Shown here piece after piece: positions 7,952 to 17,356 of a stretch of DNA of 64,000 nt (the stretch's first letter is position 1; every line of letters begins with the position of its first letter). Source of the stretch: a virus. The position numbers and the translations under genes are program-made. The notes under the pieces are model-generated. The model ran no database searches. It saw only the letters and a program-made list of their open reading frames with translations, and was not told the origin of the DNA. The stretch is from IMG/VR virus record IMGVR_UViG_3300023171_000009, positions 9,113-73,112 of that record; one strand, given 5' to 3'.

Positions 7952-8427
7952 GATGTTAATAAAGGGCAGGTTGTTAACTCGGGAATTATAGTTCCCTTGA
8001 GTGGTGGATATGAGATAAAATAAATAAATTTATTGGTGATTGGGATTTTACTTGATTTAATCAGCAGTCTCAACAATTCAAACCCGAAATCAAAATTTCC
8101 CCAATTCGCGGCAAACCATTGAGACAAGGACGGGTTAGGGCTTACGCTGTATCCGGGTAGATCAAATCTAGCTCCATAATTTTGATAAGCGTCAATGCCT
8201 GATAGCCTGTAAACATGACCGAGAGCTTTAAACAGATATCCGGTTAAGTAATCAATCTCAGTTTGGCTGTGCTCAGCTATGTATTTTGCAACAATTTCAC
8301 TTTCTGGCCCTTTAGAAAGCTTTGGGTGATAGTCTTTAACCAAGCCCGTGATCGGAGGCTTGAACTGTGGCCGGGGTTCCGGTCTTAAAATAACTTTCGA
8401 CGGTGGTTTTTTTATCTGGAATTTCAT
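7948..8427 (-). CDS. Hypothetical protein
   Basis: Start MKFQIKK. Confidence 0.6.
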   Translation of the reverse strand: MKFQIKKPPSKVILRPEPRPQFKPPITGLVKDYHPKLSKGPESEIVAKYIAEHSQTEIDYLTGYLFKALGHVYRLSGIDAYQNYGARFDLPGYSVSPNPSLSQWFAANWGNFDFGFELLRLLIKSSKIPITNKFIYFISYPPLKGTIIPELTTCPLLTS

Positions 8428-8851
8428 TAGGGAATAATTCTTGTATCTTAGCATTTATTTTTAGAAGACAATTAGCCCATCCCCAATGGTAATTGTCTTG
8501 AAAACCATGAATAGGATCTGCGATTGGAGCAAGAACCATTTCTTCAAAAAACTCCGTAAATTGCCTAACACCTTTTTGATTAGAAACTCCTTTATCTGGA
8601 ATTTCATTGATCAAATTAAACAGTTCGTCTTTGTATTCGCGTAAAGCTTGAATTTGTTCTTCTTTAGAAAGCGCTCCTTTACCTAGATCATAGGCATCAA
8701 TAAACACTTCATGGTCATCCGGCAGTTGAACCGCAAGCATTACTTTTTGCGAAGAACTGAACTTAGTATCCGTGCCCTCATTACAGATACGCATACTGAT
8801 AACGTAATTTACGTTGATGTCTCTTCCGTTTTTAAGTCTGATTAATTTCAT
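8336..8851 (-). CDS. Hypothetical protein
   Basis: Start MKLIRLKNG. Confidence 0.65.
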   Translation of the reverse strand: MKLIRLKNGRDINVNYVISMRICNEGTDTKFSSSQKVMLAVQLPDDHEVFIDAYDLGKGALSKEEQIQALREYKDELFNLINEIPDKGVSNQKGVRQFTEFFEEMVLAPIADPIHGFQDNYHWGWANCLLKINAKIQELFPNEIPDKKTTVESYFKTGTPATVQASDHGLG

Positions 8852-8884
8852 ATTAAATATATTGTAATTATTAGCGCTCATGCT

Positions 8885-9268
8885 TTAAAGAAGTCCAGTC
8901 TTAATAAACGTATCAGCGGATTCAGGTTCGAAACTATGAACGCCAAACATAAAACCATGTGCATAATATCCATTATGGCAATTGAATAAGTGTAAGAAAA
9001 GTTCTTTATCTTCGAATACTAGCCTAAATATAGCTATCCCTCCTTCATCAAGACCAGGTGCATCTGCTAATTTTTTAAAGTAAGTGGTATCAAAACACCA
9101 GCCATCAAATTCCAAGGTCTTTAACCCATTAAACTCCGGCTCTACAGCTTCTTTGTATGAAATAAACCAATCCGCGTATTCACAACAATCTTGGCCTAAA
9201 TCATACCCAACAAAAACATTGTTATCGTCAACAAAGTTTATCTTTTGGCCTGTTTCAAATATTTTCAT
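8885..9268 (-). CDS. Hypothetical phage protein
   Basis: QDCCE and HNGYY motifs typical of a widespread small phage family. Confidence 0.7.
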   Translation of the reverse strand: MKIFETGQKINFVDDNNVFVGYDLGQDCCEYADWFISYKEAVEPEFNGLKTLEFDGWCFDTTYFKKLADAPGLDEGGIAIFRLVFEDKELFLHLFNCHNGYYAHGFMFGVHSFEPESADTFIKTGLL

Positions 9269-9279
9269 TTTAAATTGAT

Positions 9280-9603
9280 TTAATAAGCTTTAAAGGTTTG
9301 AGCTTCTTGATACCAGCTATATCCTCCGCCAATTTTCATTGGTCCGCGAGGGCAGCGTAAAGTTGGTTGTTTGTGATCTGCGTAAGCCCTTCCGCATTGC
9401 CTACATTTTTTGCTTAATTGAATTGTCGAACCATACTCACCCCGTCTATTATCGTAATGGTTTAGGGCGTTTATGATTTTATTAGCTGCAAGGGCGGTTT
9501 TACATGCAGCAAGAACTTCCCCGGACTCCTTTATCACAAATTCGTGATGCCCTGTAGTAGGGTTTATTTCATGCCAGTGGGAATATTTAGGAGGTTTAGG
9601 CAT
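9280..9603 (-). CDS. Hypothetical protein
   Basis: ORF, CXXC. Confidence 0.6.
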   Translation of the reverse strand: MPKPPKYSHWHEINPTTGHHEFVIKESGEVLAACKTALAANKIINALNHYDNRRGEYGSTIQLSKKCRQCGRAYADHKQPTLRCPRGPMKIGGGYSWYQEAQTFKAY

Positions 9604-9607
9604 AAAG

Positions 9608-10141
9608 TTATTCTGTAGGGAATTCTATAGCTATTCCTGATTCAAGGACGGTGATTTTCTTGGAAATCCATTGTAAGGTGCTGTCAGCCCAAGAAACTGT
9701 TAGGTTATATTTCCTTGGGTATATTAGGAAATCGTCATTAGGGGTTGCGCACCAAGTATAATCCTTACCCGGTCCCGACAATATCTTTTTTAGCGCTTCG
9801 CTGGCCGAAATATACAGGCAAAGACGCACTCCTTGCCGTTCAAACCGCCGTGCATGGGAGTCAAATGCGTCAAAAGCTGCTTTAAAGGCTCCCTGTCCTC
9901 TTGAGATCGCGTAGACTCTTTTGAACTCTTTACCTTGTTCGATATAAGGCTCAAGTATAGTAGGCGTTCGGGCCACTGCTCCTTTACAAGAAGCGAATGC
10001 TTGATTCAATGAACTTTTTGTTTCACCCGTATGCGGTCTGACTAATACGGAGCGCGCTTGACGTAATGGGCCGGGTTCAAAGTTTGCAATAATTTCATTT
10101 TCTTTTTCAGGTTCAATTTTGATGCCGCGTTTAAGTTTCAT
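9608..10141 (-). CDS. Hypothetical protein
   Basis: Start MKLKRG (or 10159). Confidence 0.65.
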   Translation of the reverse strand: MKLKRGIKIEPEKENEIIANFEPGPLRQARSVLVRPHTGETKSSLNQAFASCKGAVARTPTILEPYIEQGKEFKRVYAISRGQGAFKAAFDAFDSHARRFERQGVRLCLYISASEALKKILSGPGKDYTWCATPNDDFLIYPRKYNLTVSWADSTLQWISKKITVLESGIAIEFPTE

Positions 10142-10303
10142 GATAAGGACGGTAAGCATATTATGGATACTATTCCAACTCCTGCCAAGATACAAAGGAT
10201 GGAGCCTCCTAAAGATTTAAAAAACCCTAACCCGCATAGGAGCATAAAAATAAACTCCATAAATCCACCTAGTGCTAGGGCAATTAAAATCGTGTTTTGC
10301 ATA

Positions 10304-10660
10304 TTATTTAAGTAATTTGGTTTCTAACCCAAATGTCATTAATCCTAATTCAATTAATCTTTTTTTATCTCGATTTCTTTTTACCTGTGCTTTATATTTT
10401 TCAGGATTTCTTTTTTTCCAGGCGATGACACTCTCTTGCACTTTTTTAGAGTTATTTCTAACCCAATCACGGCGTGTCTTTTTAAACTGTTCAAGATTAT
10501 TAATACGCCATTTAGCTGCTTGCCTTCTAGTATAGCCAGATACTACTAGAGACTTTTGATACTCTTTTACCTTTTCCTTATTCGCTAACTTCCATGCTTT
10601 AGAGGCCGCTTTAGCTTTTTCTTTTTGACTATTTGACATACGTGAATATGGCGTCGGCAT
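10304..10660 (-). CDS. Basic helical-repeat protein
   Basis: W(K/R)xxN(K/P)EKxK repeats as found N-terminal to phage HNH nucleases; no nuclease motif seen. Confidence 0.55.
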   Translation of the reverse strand: MPTPYSRMSNSQKEKAKAASKAWKLANKEKVKEYQKSLVVSGYTRRQAAKWRINNLEQFKKTRRDWVRNNSKKVQESVIAWKKRNPEKYKAQVKRNRDKKRLIELGLMTFGLETKLLK

Positions 10661-10665
10661 ATCGA

Positions 10666-11244
10666 TTACTTTTTAAAAGCGTGCTCCCATATTGCTACTG
10701 CAACTTGCATTTCTCTGTGTGTCATAGTAAAAGAAATCCCCATTAAAGCTTTTTGAAAATTATCTTTATTAACAATGTCGCCTTTAAATTGATTAAATTT
10801 GGCAGGACGACTATTTAAGTATTTCTTCTGGTCTATAGGTGTCCTTAGATTATTGCCATCAAAAACCTGAATTACCTCTTTGTATGTTAAAGTTTTCGGA
10901 TCGACTTTAACAGTTTCTAAAGTATCAGGATTAACGAAATCAACACCTTTAGATATAACTTGCTGTTGTATAGTTATAGGCGCGTCTCGTAAACGATAAG
11001 CCCACAAAGATGTTTCCATCAGTAACTCAGGAAGCATTCGATTTTCGCCTATTTTAACCAAACTAGAAATTAAAGTCTTCGGAAGACCAGAACGTTCAAT
11101 CAACTCTTCTTGCGATACTCCCTTATTAATTATAGAAACTGTCAACTTTCCAGCCTCCATTAAATTCCGAGAAGCTGAAGAAAGTAAAGTTTTTAATTGA
11201 TCAATATCGGAAATACAAGACGGGCGTAAATTAGAGATTTTCAT
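10666..11244 (-). CDS. Hypothetical protein, possible HTH DNA-binding
   Basis: GVSQEELIERSGLPKTLISSLVKIG; own promoter at 11264-11291. Confidence 0.6.
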   Translation of the reverse strand: MKISNLRPSCISDIDQLKTLLSSASRNLMEAGKLTVSIINKGVSQEELIERSGLPKTLISSLVKIGENRMLPELLMETSLWAYRLRDAPITIQQQVISKGVDFVNPDTLETVKVDPKTLTYKEVIQVFDGNNLRTPIDQKKYLNSRPAKFNQFKGDIVNKDNFQKALMGISFTMTHREMQVAVAIWEHAFKK

Positions 11245-11334
11245 ATCTTGGAAGGATTTTATTAAGGTATCCAGTTTAATCTGAAACGCAAGCGGTATTA
11301 GTTAAGTTTCTTTACTAGCTTGTCCCTAGGCGAT

Positions 11335-11586
11335 TTATTTTGCACAAAAGATAGGAGCCATCGAATAGCTGCCCATGGGTTTAATGTATTCACAAGAACC
11401 GTCGTTCATTACGTAGATTTTACAGCGTTTTTCCTCGCGGTTAATAAGGACGGTTGCCATAGACTTGGTGCGGCTAAGAACCTTGCACTCAAAGATAGTA
11501 TCGTAATCGCAGGCACTACGGGCGGTAAGAGTCTGGCCTGCTTTTACGGTAGGGGCGTTTTCTTTGAGGATTGTTTTTGTTTTCAT
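11335..11586 (-). CDS. Hypothetical protein
   Basis: ORF. Confidence 0.7.
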   Translation of the reverse strand: MKTKTILKENAPTVKAGQTLTARSACDYDTIFECKVLSRTKSMATVLINREEKRCKIYVMNDGSCEYIKPMGSYSMAPIFCAK

Positions 11587-11660
11587 TGTGGTGTTTTCTG
11601 TTTAACTCGGTTTTTTAAGCTCCGCAAACCCTTTTTTCGAAATTTTGCAACTATTTCAAA

Positions 11661-11966
11661 TCAATACCCCATTTCGCGTTCCTCTTTTTCAGAAACGTAA
11701 CAATCTTTACAGTAGCCTGACCGATAAATTTTGTTATACCGGGTAGGAGAACATCCGCAACCCTTGCAACGGTAATGGACAAAAGGTTTCTTTTCTTGAG
11801 GAGCGGCACTGGCGGAATTAACGATGTCACGGGCTTGATCCGCCTTGGAAACATCAACCATCCAACATTTTTGATCGGGATTCCATTTCGCCCCAAGCTC
11901 CTTAAGCTTGTCCTTTACGGGGAAGGTATTGCCTACGATTGCAACTTTAGAAGAATTAGCAGTCAT
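11661..11966 (-). CDS. DUF5710-like domain plus Zn-finger protein
   Basis: VKDKLKELGAKWNPDQKCW; CKGC..CKDC; start refined to MTANSS. Confidence 0.65.
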   Translation of the reverse strand: MTANSSKVAIVGNTFPVKDKLKELGAKWNPDQKCWMVDVSKADQARDIVNSASAAPQEKKPFVHYRCKGCGCSPTRYNKIYRSGYCKDCYVSEKEEREMGY

Positions 11967-12008
11967 TTTGTTTGGAAGGATTGAAATTAGCCATTTGGAT
12001 GTGTTTCG

Positions 12009-12036
12009 ATCATTCCACAGTTTTTTGCCTGTGCAA
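12009..12036 (-). promoter_or_regulatory. Promoter TTGCAC-N16-AATGAT
   Basis: Hexamers with A/T-rich UP region. Confidence 0.6.
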
Positions 12037-12076
12037 GCCCTTTTTTCGTAAATTTTCAAAAAAGTGAAATCGTTGC

Positions 12077-12110
12077 AAAAAAGAACCGGATTCCGATCAA
12101 GGAATCCGGC
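12077..12110 (-). terminator. Rho-independent terminator
   Basis: CCGGATTCC/GGAATCCGG stem plus U-tract. Confidence 0.85.
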
Positions 12111-12127
12111 TAAAATCAACAGGCTTA

Positions 12128-12403
12128 TTATTTTTTCTCCCTATCTTCCGGGAAAGGCTCCAGTAAATCTTGATAGTGAACAGTTTGCTTTATCGGATCG
12201 TTTTTATACCTCCACTCTCGTTCACGCTGCATTGCTTTCTTCTCAGCTAAGTCGATAACGGCTAAATCCTGTTCAAGAAGCGTTATCTTGTCCTCTTTCT
12301 CAGAAACTTCCGCTTTTAGCGAATGCACGCTCTTTGAAAAGTTACTAACGCGCAAAGACTGAACAAACGCGACAAAGCCTAAAAAAATTACTACGTATTT
12401 CAT
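12128..12403 (-). CDS. N-terminally anchored coiled-coil protein (possible i-spanin-like)
   Basis: TM at N-terminus, heptads; directly downstream of lysin candidate. Confidence 0.45.
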   Translation of the reverse strand: MKYVVIFLGFVAFVQSLRVSNFSKSVHSLKAEVSEKEDKITLLEQDLAVIDLAEKKAMQREREWRYKNDPIKQTVHYQDLLEPFPEDREKK

Positions 12404-12407
12404 GGCA

Positions 12408-13088
12408 TTAATTGATTGGTCCGTTGATAAGTTTGACTGGACAAATTTTTTGCTTTAACTTATCCATCCATTTATAAACAGTTGCCAACATAAAATCGTT
12501 ATACTGGCTAGGCGGTATGGTTTGGCACCCCCACGAACTTGTGCCGCTATTACCTCCACGATGATAGTTGATAGCACCATAGATTTCCTCAACGTAGCGG
12601 GCATTTTTTGCGCCGGGTTTTCCATTATCGCGGATTATAGGAAAATGCCCGTAGTTCTCAATACCGTATTTTTCGGCCTGCTCCTCGTCCGGTTGACGTA
12701 ATGCTTGATAAGCTCCCTTGTGAAGTCCTCTTATAAAGTAGTGAACACCTTGATCAAGCATAGCGTAAGGTTTTCCAAGGGCAGCGTTCCACCCGATAAT
12801 GCTAGGGTCTGTATTAGCATTGAATGCGTGAATCCCTTCAGGAGTTATAACAAAAGCGGCATCGTCGTAATCCCCGACATCATTCACCCTTGGTTTCCCT
12901 ATAGTGTCGGCATAATAAGCCCTAACATTCAGAATACAAAGTTTATATTGATCCGGAATAGCCGGAACTGACTTTACATACGTAAATGCAGAGCCGTCTT
13001 TTGGAGTTTTATACTCCGATCTAGCTAGCTTTAAAATAAGGCTTTCGGGAGCCTGCGGGCGCGAACGTGGGATTTGTCCTGACATACT
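12408..13088 (-). CDS. Putative endolysin, L,D-transpeptidase (YkuD)-like catalytic fold
   Basis: INYHRGGNSGTSSWGCQTI resembles the H-x-S-x-GC catalytic motif. Confidence 0.6.
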   Translation of the reverse strand, partial: SMSGQIPRSRPQAPESLILKLARSEYKTPKDGSAFTYVKSVPAIPDQYKLCILNVRAYYADTIGKPRVNDVGDYDDAAFVITPEGIHAFNANTDPSIIGWNAALGKPYAMLDQGVHYFIRGLHKGAYQALRQPDEEQAEKYGIENYGHFPIIRDNGKPGAKNARYVEEIYGAINYHRGGNSGTSSWGCQTIPPSQYNDFMLATVYKWMDKLKQKICPVKLINGPIN

Positions 13089-13593
13089 ATTTTTTAGGTA
13101 AAGGTCTAGCCACAATTGGCCGTGATTTAGGGTATTTCGAAAACTCTAAACACTTTGGATCAATAGGGCCAGTAGTTGATTTAACAAATTGAAATACCGG
13201 CGGTAACTGAGGTTCTCCTAGAGCATACGGCTCTGTCGTTACAGAATGTTTTTCAGCGCTAACAAAAATAAAATTCGAAGTATATTCGGTTCTAAGCCAA
13301 GAACTTCCCCTGCAAATTCCAATAACAAACCTACTCCACGCTTCTTGTGCAGTCCTTCCGCGTTCCCCCATTAAAGTGTGCGTGACGTGCTTAGGGATTG
13401 GCGTTTGTCCGCCGTCTCCAAACATTTTTGGGTTATAAACTTTAGCACTGAGTCGCCATCTATAAACAACGTTAGTAGCTACGTCGGTAAATGGATTTTC
13501 AGGAATAACGCTCCCTTCAAGGGCGGGTATTTCTCTTGGTAAAGAAACAGGCACAACCTCCTTAGCTTTGGAAATAATTCTTTTTAGTTTCAT
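13087..13593 (-). CDS. Hypothetical protein
   Basis: ORF. Confidence 0.65.
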   Translation of the reverse strand: MKLKRIISKAKEVVPVSLPREIPALEGSVIPENPFTDVATNVVYRWRLSAKVYNPKMFGDGGQTPIPKHVTHTLMGERGRTAQEAWSRFVIGICRGSSWLRTEYTSNFIFVSAEKHSVTTEPYALGEPQLPPVFQFVKSTTGPIDPKCLEFSKYPKSRPIVARPLPKK

Positions 13594-13859
13594 AGACTAA
13601 TTCTATAGGAGGGTTGAGAAGATATCAAGGCATCACCACAAGATGCTAAATCTGTTTGCTTACAAGCTGGAATACCATCGATCCTGTAAGAGGGAGAATT
13701 ACCAACCATTAAAGCGGCGTCATGCGGTGAATCTCCGTGAGGCGTAACAGGGTCGGCAAGTCTAACAACCGGTAAACCATTAACCCGATAGTTAAATTGC
13801 GTGGAGATAACCGGACCACCAGCTAAATCACCAAGAACTCCTATAGGAAAAGAAATCAT
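13590..13859 (-). CDS. PAAR-motif spike tip protein
   Basis: NGLPVVRLADPVTPHG...IDGIPACKQTDLASCG. Confidence 0.85.
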   Translation of the reverse strand: MISFPIGVLGDLAGGPVISTQFNYRVNGLPVVRLADPVTPHGDSPHDAALMVGNSPSYRIDGIPACKQTDLASCGDALISSQPSYRISL

Positions 13860-14146
13860 GAAAGTTTTCTAACTCTTATTTTAGCTCCCCTGCCATCGCG
13901 GCTAAAGTATAAAACTTGATTATTATCAAAGGTCAATTTTAAATCGTCCGCAGTTCCTTCAATGCCAATAAGCTTGTTATTTATTAATTGTTCTGCTTCA
14001 ATAGGGCCTATCAAGGAGCGTGGTTCTAGCTTTATGGTGGTGGATCTTTCTTTCTTACCCCGTGGGAAAAAGCTATCCGTTAAAGAGGGTTCTACCCCGT
14101 CTTTAGCGGTCAATCGCCGTAAGGTTCTAGCTAGATTCTCCTGCAT
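13856..14146 (-). CDS. Hypothetical protein
   Basis: Coupled ORF. Confidence 0.6.
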   Translation of the reverse strand: MQENLARTLRRLTAKDGVEPSLTDSFFPRGKKERSTTIKLEPRSLIGPIEAEQLINNKLIGIEGTADDLKLTFDNNQVLYFSRDGRGAKIRVRKLS

Positions 14147-14447
14147 CTTCTTTTTTTTCAGAATTTTCCTCTTTCTCCTTTTTAAGTTCGATAAGAGCGG
14201 TCCGGGCGTCTACCAGCAAACGTATATAATCATCCATGTATTGCTCAGGTATGAAAAACCGGTTTTTATAACTGCCGAAAATTTCGCTTAAACGAATACC
14301 TATGCCTGCATTTTGCTGAACAACATCCACATAATATTTACGATTTTCGGTAAACATTTTGCTTTCGTGCAAAACTACGCTTCCGGGGTTAAGAGGAGCG
14401 CGGCGCGTCCCGTTAACAAAAATTCTAGGAGTTGGTTGTTCAGGCAT
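14127..14447 (-). CDS. PUR-like (PurA/DUF3276) ssDNA/RNA-binding protein
   Basis: RKYYVDVVQQNAGIGIRLSE...RFFIPEQYMDDY. Confidence 0.6.
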   Translation of the reverse strand: MPEQPTPRIFVNGTRRAPLNPGSVVLHESKMFTENRKYYVDVVQQNAGIGIRLSEIFGSYKNRFFIPEQYMDDYIRLLVDARTALIELKKEKEENSEKKEDAGESS

Positions 14448-14481
14448 ATTCAATAAGTTAAAAGTGAAATCGTTGCAAATT

Positions 14482-15069
14482 TTAGACTGACGACATTTGC
14501 CTAGTCTTATCTCGTTTTTGCACGCTGCCTTTCCAAATTGATTCAATTAAATCCACCGCAGAAACTCCAAAAAGGATCATAGCGAGTTCTTCAAGTTGTA
14601 TAAACAAAGCGATTATATTATCAGCCGAAAGATCATCAAAGCAAACTCCTTCATTTACCGTATCTGTGTATAACTGAATAATAAGGCTAGCAACTTCCGC
14701 GTAATTAATTTCAGCAGCTACAATTCGATTCAAATGCTCTGTTCGGTCTTGAGGAATAGCCCAAACACCAAAAATAAAATCCTCCTCAGTTAAATCATTA
14801 AATGTAAATTGCTGATTCTTCCACGCTACCGATATAAGATAGATACCAATATCAGCAATAGCGTCACGGGCTTCAGTAACATATTTTTCGAATACTTCAA
14901 AACCACGTATCCCCTGTTGAAATTTGAGTAAGCAATGAGCCAACTCTCCTAGCTCTTCAATCATACCTAACGCGGGTCGTTTAGCTTCTTGATGGCCAAA
15001 AGACTCAAGCTCCCATTTTTTATGCTCAGCGGCTATACGGGAAAGGATTTCAACTTTATTAGTAATCAT
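14482..15069 (-). CDS. MazG-like NTP pyrophosphohydrolase
   Basis: MIEELGELAH...EARDAIADIGIYL. Confidence 0.75.
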   Translation of the reverse strand: MITNKVEILSRIAAEHKKWELESFGHQEAKRPALGMIEELGELAHCLLKFQQGIRGFEVFEKYVTEARDAIADIGIYLISVAWKNQQFTFNDLTEEDFIFGVWAIPQDRTEHLNRIVAAEINYAEVASLIIQLYTDTVNEGVCFDDLSADNIIALFIQLEELAMILFGVSAVDLIESIWKGSVQKRDKTRQMSSV

Positions 15070-15090
15070 AGTTAATCAAAGGGTATACGT

Positions 15091-15118
15091 ATATTAGTAT
15101 ACGAATAGTTAAAGTCAA
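15091..15118 (-). promoter_or_regulatory. Promoter TTGACT-N16-TAATAT
   Basis: Hexamers. Confidence 0.65.
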
Positions 15119-16431
15119 TGCTTTAGTCTATATAGAGATAAATATCTGGGAGTATAATTTACAGTATCCCAATGAGTATAAGTTAAACAGTCCTCTATCT
15201 TATCAGCACGCAAGGAGAGGTTATACGGTGGAAGATCAAGATTTTGTTCGCGATATCCGTAATTATCTAATGACTCTCCCCATGTCGGACTTGAACGGTT
15301 TTCCTTGCGTTCGCAATAGTTAGTAATGATTAAATAATCTGCCTTACTGTTCAGAATATTTTGCAGCAATTTCAAAGTTGATTCATCGGACAAATGCTGT
15401 GTGCATTCGCGACAAAGTATTAAGCTTGTTGCGGTAAAAGGTAAAATAGGCTCGTTTACTATATCCTTAACACAAAAAAAATGCTCAACTTTACTAACTA
15501 CTTTTATATCTTTAAGATTATTAAGCTCGATTATTTCAGGAACTATATCCATTCCAAAATAGGTCGCAACATCCATTGTAACAAAATGCGATTCCATCCA
15601 AGTAAAAAGTCCACAAGGAGCGTCTATCAAAGTATCTACATAATATTCTCTTATTTTATCACGTATGAATCTAGCGTCTTTGACGGTGTTTTCATGTAAA
15701 GAACCCGGTCCGCTGGGATGCTCATTTCCCCATTTTCTTTCAAAGTAAGTCCGGGTAAAATTTGCCTTTAAATCGGCTTCTGGAGTAACGTTAGGGTTTG
15801 TAACTTCAGGTTTCTTCCATCGCGCCTTCCATTCATGAACTGCATAACTGTCTTCATGTGGCGGGCAAACATCTTCATTCCAAGAATACGGATAGAAATA
15901 ACGCTTAGGTAAAATGTTAACGTCTCCTATTTCACCAATTAGACAAACGTTATCATTCCATTGCCCATACATTTCTTTCCACAATGTAGATACAAGGACA
16001 GGGCCTGCTACATTGCAGTATCCGGATTTTACTAACTCAACAAGGTCATACCGTTGCAGCCTTCTATTTAGTTCAATAAAGAATGGATGGTCGGGCGGCG
16101 AAGCCATCGCACCATTAGCGATTGTGGTAAACCCTTCGACGCAAACCCAAGCTTTTCCTAGCAAATCATCAAGAGGCTTGCAGAGAGTAAAATCTATATC
16201 CAAATAAATACCGCCATGTTTTATAAGCGCTTGAACTCTTGAAACATCTGCTAGGGTCGCCCACGCTTCCAGCTTAATTAATTCCTCTTTCTGCGGATGC
16301 GTGACGTTTAATAGATTCAGCCAATTTAACTTCCATCCTGGTATAAACTCCATCCATTGGGTAGGGTTAGATGGAAGTTCTTCCGGGCCGTCCCAAAAAT
16401 AATGCAAGATTTTAGGTATCATATTATTCAT
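15115..16431 (-). CDS. Fusion of DXD glycosyltransferase (GT32/OCH1-like) and SAM-dependent methyltransferase-like domain
   Basis: IPKILHYFW, GGIYLDID, AGP; C-half SGPGS, IDAPCG, GMDIV, ILCRECTQHL. Confidence 0.8.
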   Translation of the reverse strand: MNNMIPKILHYFWDGPEELPSNPTQWMEFIPGWKLNWLNLLNVTHPQKEELIKLEAWATLADVSRVQALIKHGGIYLDIDFTLCKPLDDLLGKAWVCVEGFTTIANGAMASPPDHPFFIELNRRLQRYDLVELVKSGYCNVAGPVLVSTLWKEMYGQWNDNVCLIGEIGDVNILPKRYFYPYSWNEDVCPPHEDSYAVHEWKARWKKPEVTNPNVTPEADLKANFTRTYFERKWGNEHPSGPGSLHENTVKDARFIRDKIREYYVDTLIDAPCGLFTWMESHFVTMDVATYFGMDIVPEIIELNNLKDIKVVSKVEHFFCVKDIVNEPILPFTATSLILCRECTQHLSDESTLKLLQNILNSKADYLIITNYCERKENRSSPTWGESLDNYGYREQNLDLPPYNLSLRADKIEDCLTYTHWDTVNYTPRYLSLYRLKH

Positions 16432-17071
16432 TGATTATGCTAGGAGAGCCTGACTGACCAGCGTAAGCGGTAAATGTGTTAAACCCGAACACACTAGGCT
16501 TAACAGAACCGGAACGCATAACATGATCTGAACACATAATTACAGGCACGTTGTTATTAATAACAAACATAGCGCCTTTGCGACTAATCGCGTAACAGGC
16601 AGTTCCATAGCTGGTTAAATACGCATGGAATACTTCATCCTGCATATTTTTAAAATCTTCGCCAATAGGGCTTTCTAAATGAAGTTTAGGTTCTGCGGGC
16701 TGACCTGCAAACATATGCTCAAAATTAACCCAATGCCATCTAGGGCACGCCTTTTTAACTAAACCAATTGCACGCTCAAAAGCGCAACTAGGCTTATTAA
16801 ACGTAACGTCATCTTCACAACATAAAGCAAATGAAGCTTTGGTTTTAAGAAACGCCAGCAACATTAGTATATGACCACTGGCGCAACACACTTGGCCTGG
16901 ACTCATCCAATCTGTAGTTGAAGGCATGGTCTTTTTCAACCAGTCCGGATCATTCTTATTGGGACTAGTTATAAGAATCGGTGCTCTATCAAAGGTATCT
17001 GTTATTCTTTTAACAGCGGAATCCCTCCTATCCCCGGCACCTTCACAATTTAAAAGATAGATAGGGAACAT
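16424..17071 (-). CDS. Glycosyltransferase family 25-like
   Basis: IYLLN..DRR, CCASGH, CEDD, YGTACYAISRKGA. Confidence 0.8.
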   Translation of the reverse strand: MFPIYLLNCEGAGDRRDSAVKRITDTFDRAPILITSPNKNDPDWLKKTMPSTTDWMSPGQVCCASGHILMLLAFLKTKASFALCCEDDVTFNKPSCAFERAIGLVKKACPRWHWVNFEHMFAGQPAEPKLHLESPIGEDFKNMQDEVFHAYLTSYGTACYAISRKGAMFVINNNVPVIMCSDHVMRSGSVKPSVFGFNTFTAYAGQSGSPSIINE

Positions 17072-17352
17072 TACAAGGCGAGTTCTGGCTGTTTGTCTGA
17101 CTTAGTGATGTTAAGATAAACCACATATCCTAATCTAGCATATACCCCTTCTGGTAAAGGCTCACCAGCTTTTAAAAGAGCTAACCCTTCAATATGATCC
17201 TCTCTTTGCATTGCAGGATGATCTTCCGGATTACTGGAATGTGCTATAATCATCGGTGATTTTGGTGCATCGACAATAATTTTAAGATCGGAAATATCCG
17301 CACCATGTTCCTTACATAATTCTTCAAGGGCGGTTGTGAATGGGGTGTTCAT
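17071..17352 (-). CDS. Hypothetical protein
   Basis: Coupled ORF. Confidence 0.6.
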   Translation of the reverse strand: MNTPFTTALEELCKEHGADISDLKIIVDAPKSPMIIAHSSNPEDHPAMQREDHIEGLALLKAGEPLPEGVYARLGYVVYLNITKSDKQPELAL

Positions 17353-17356
17353 GGAG

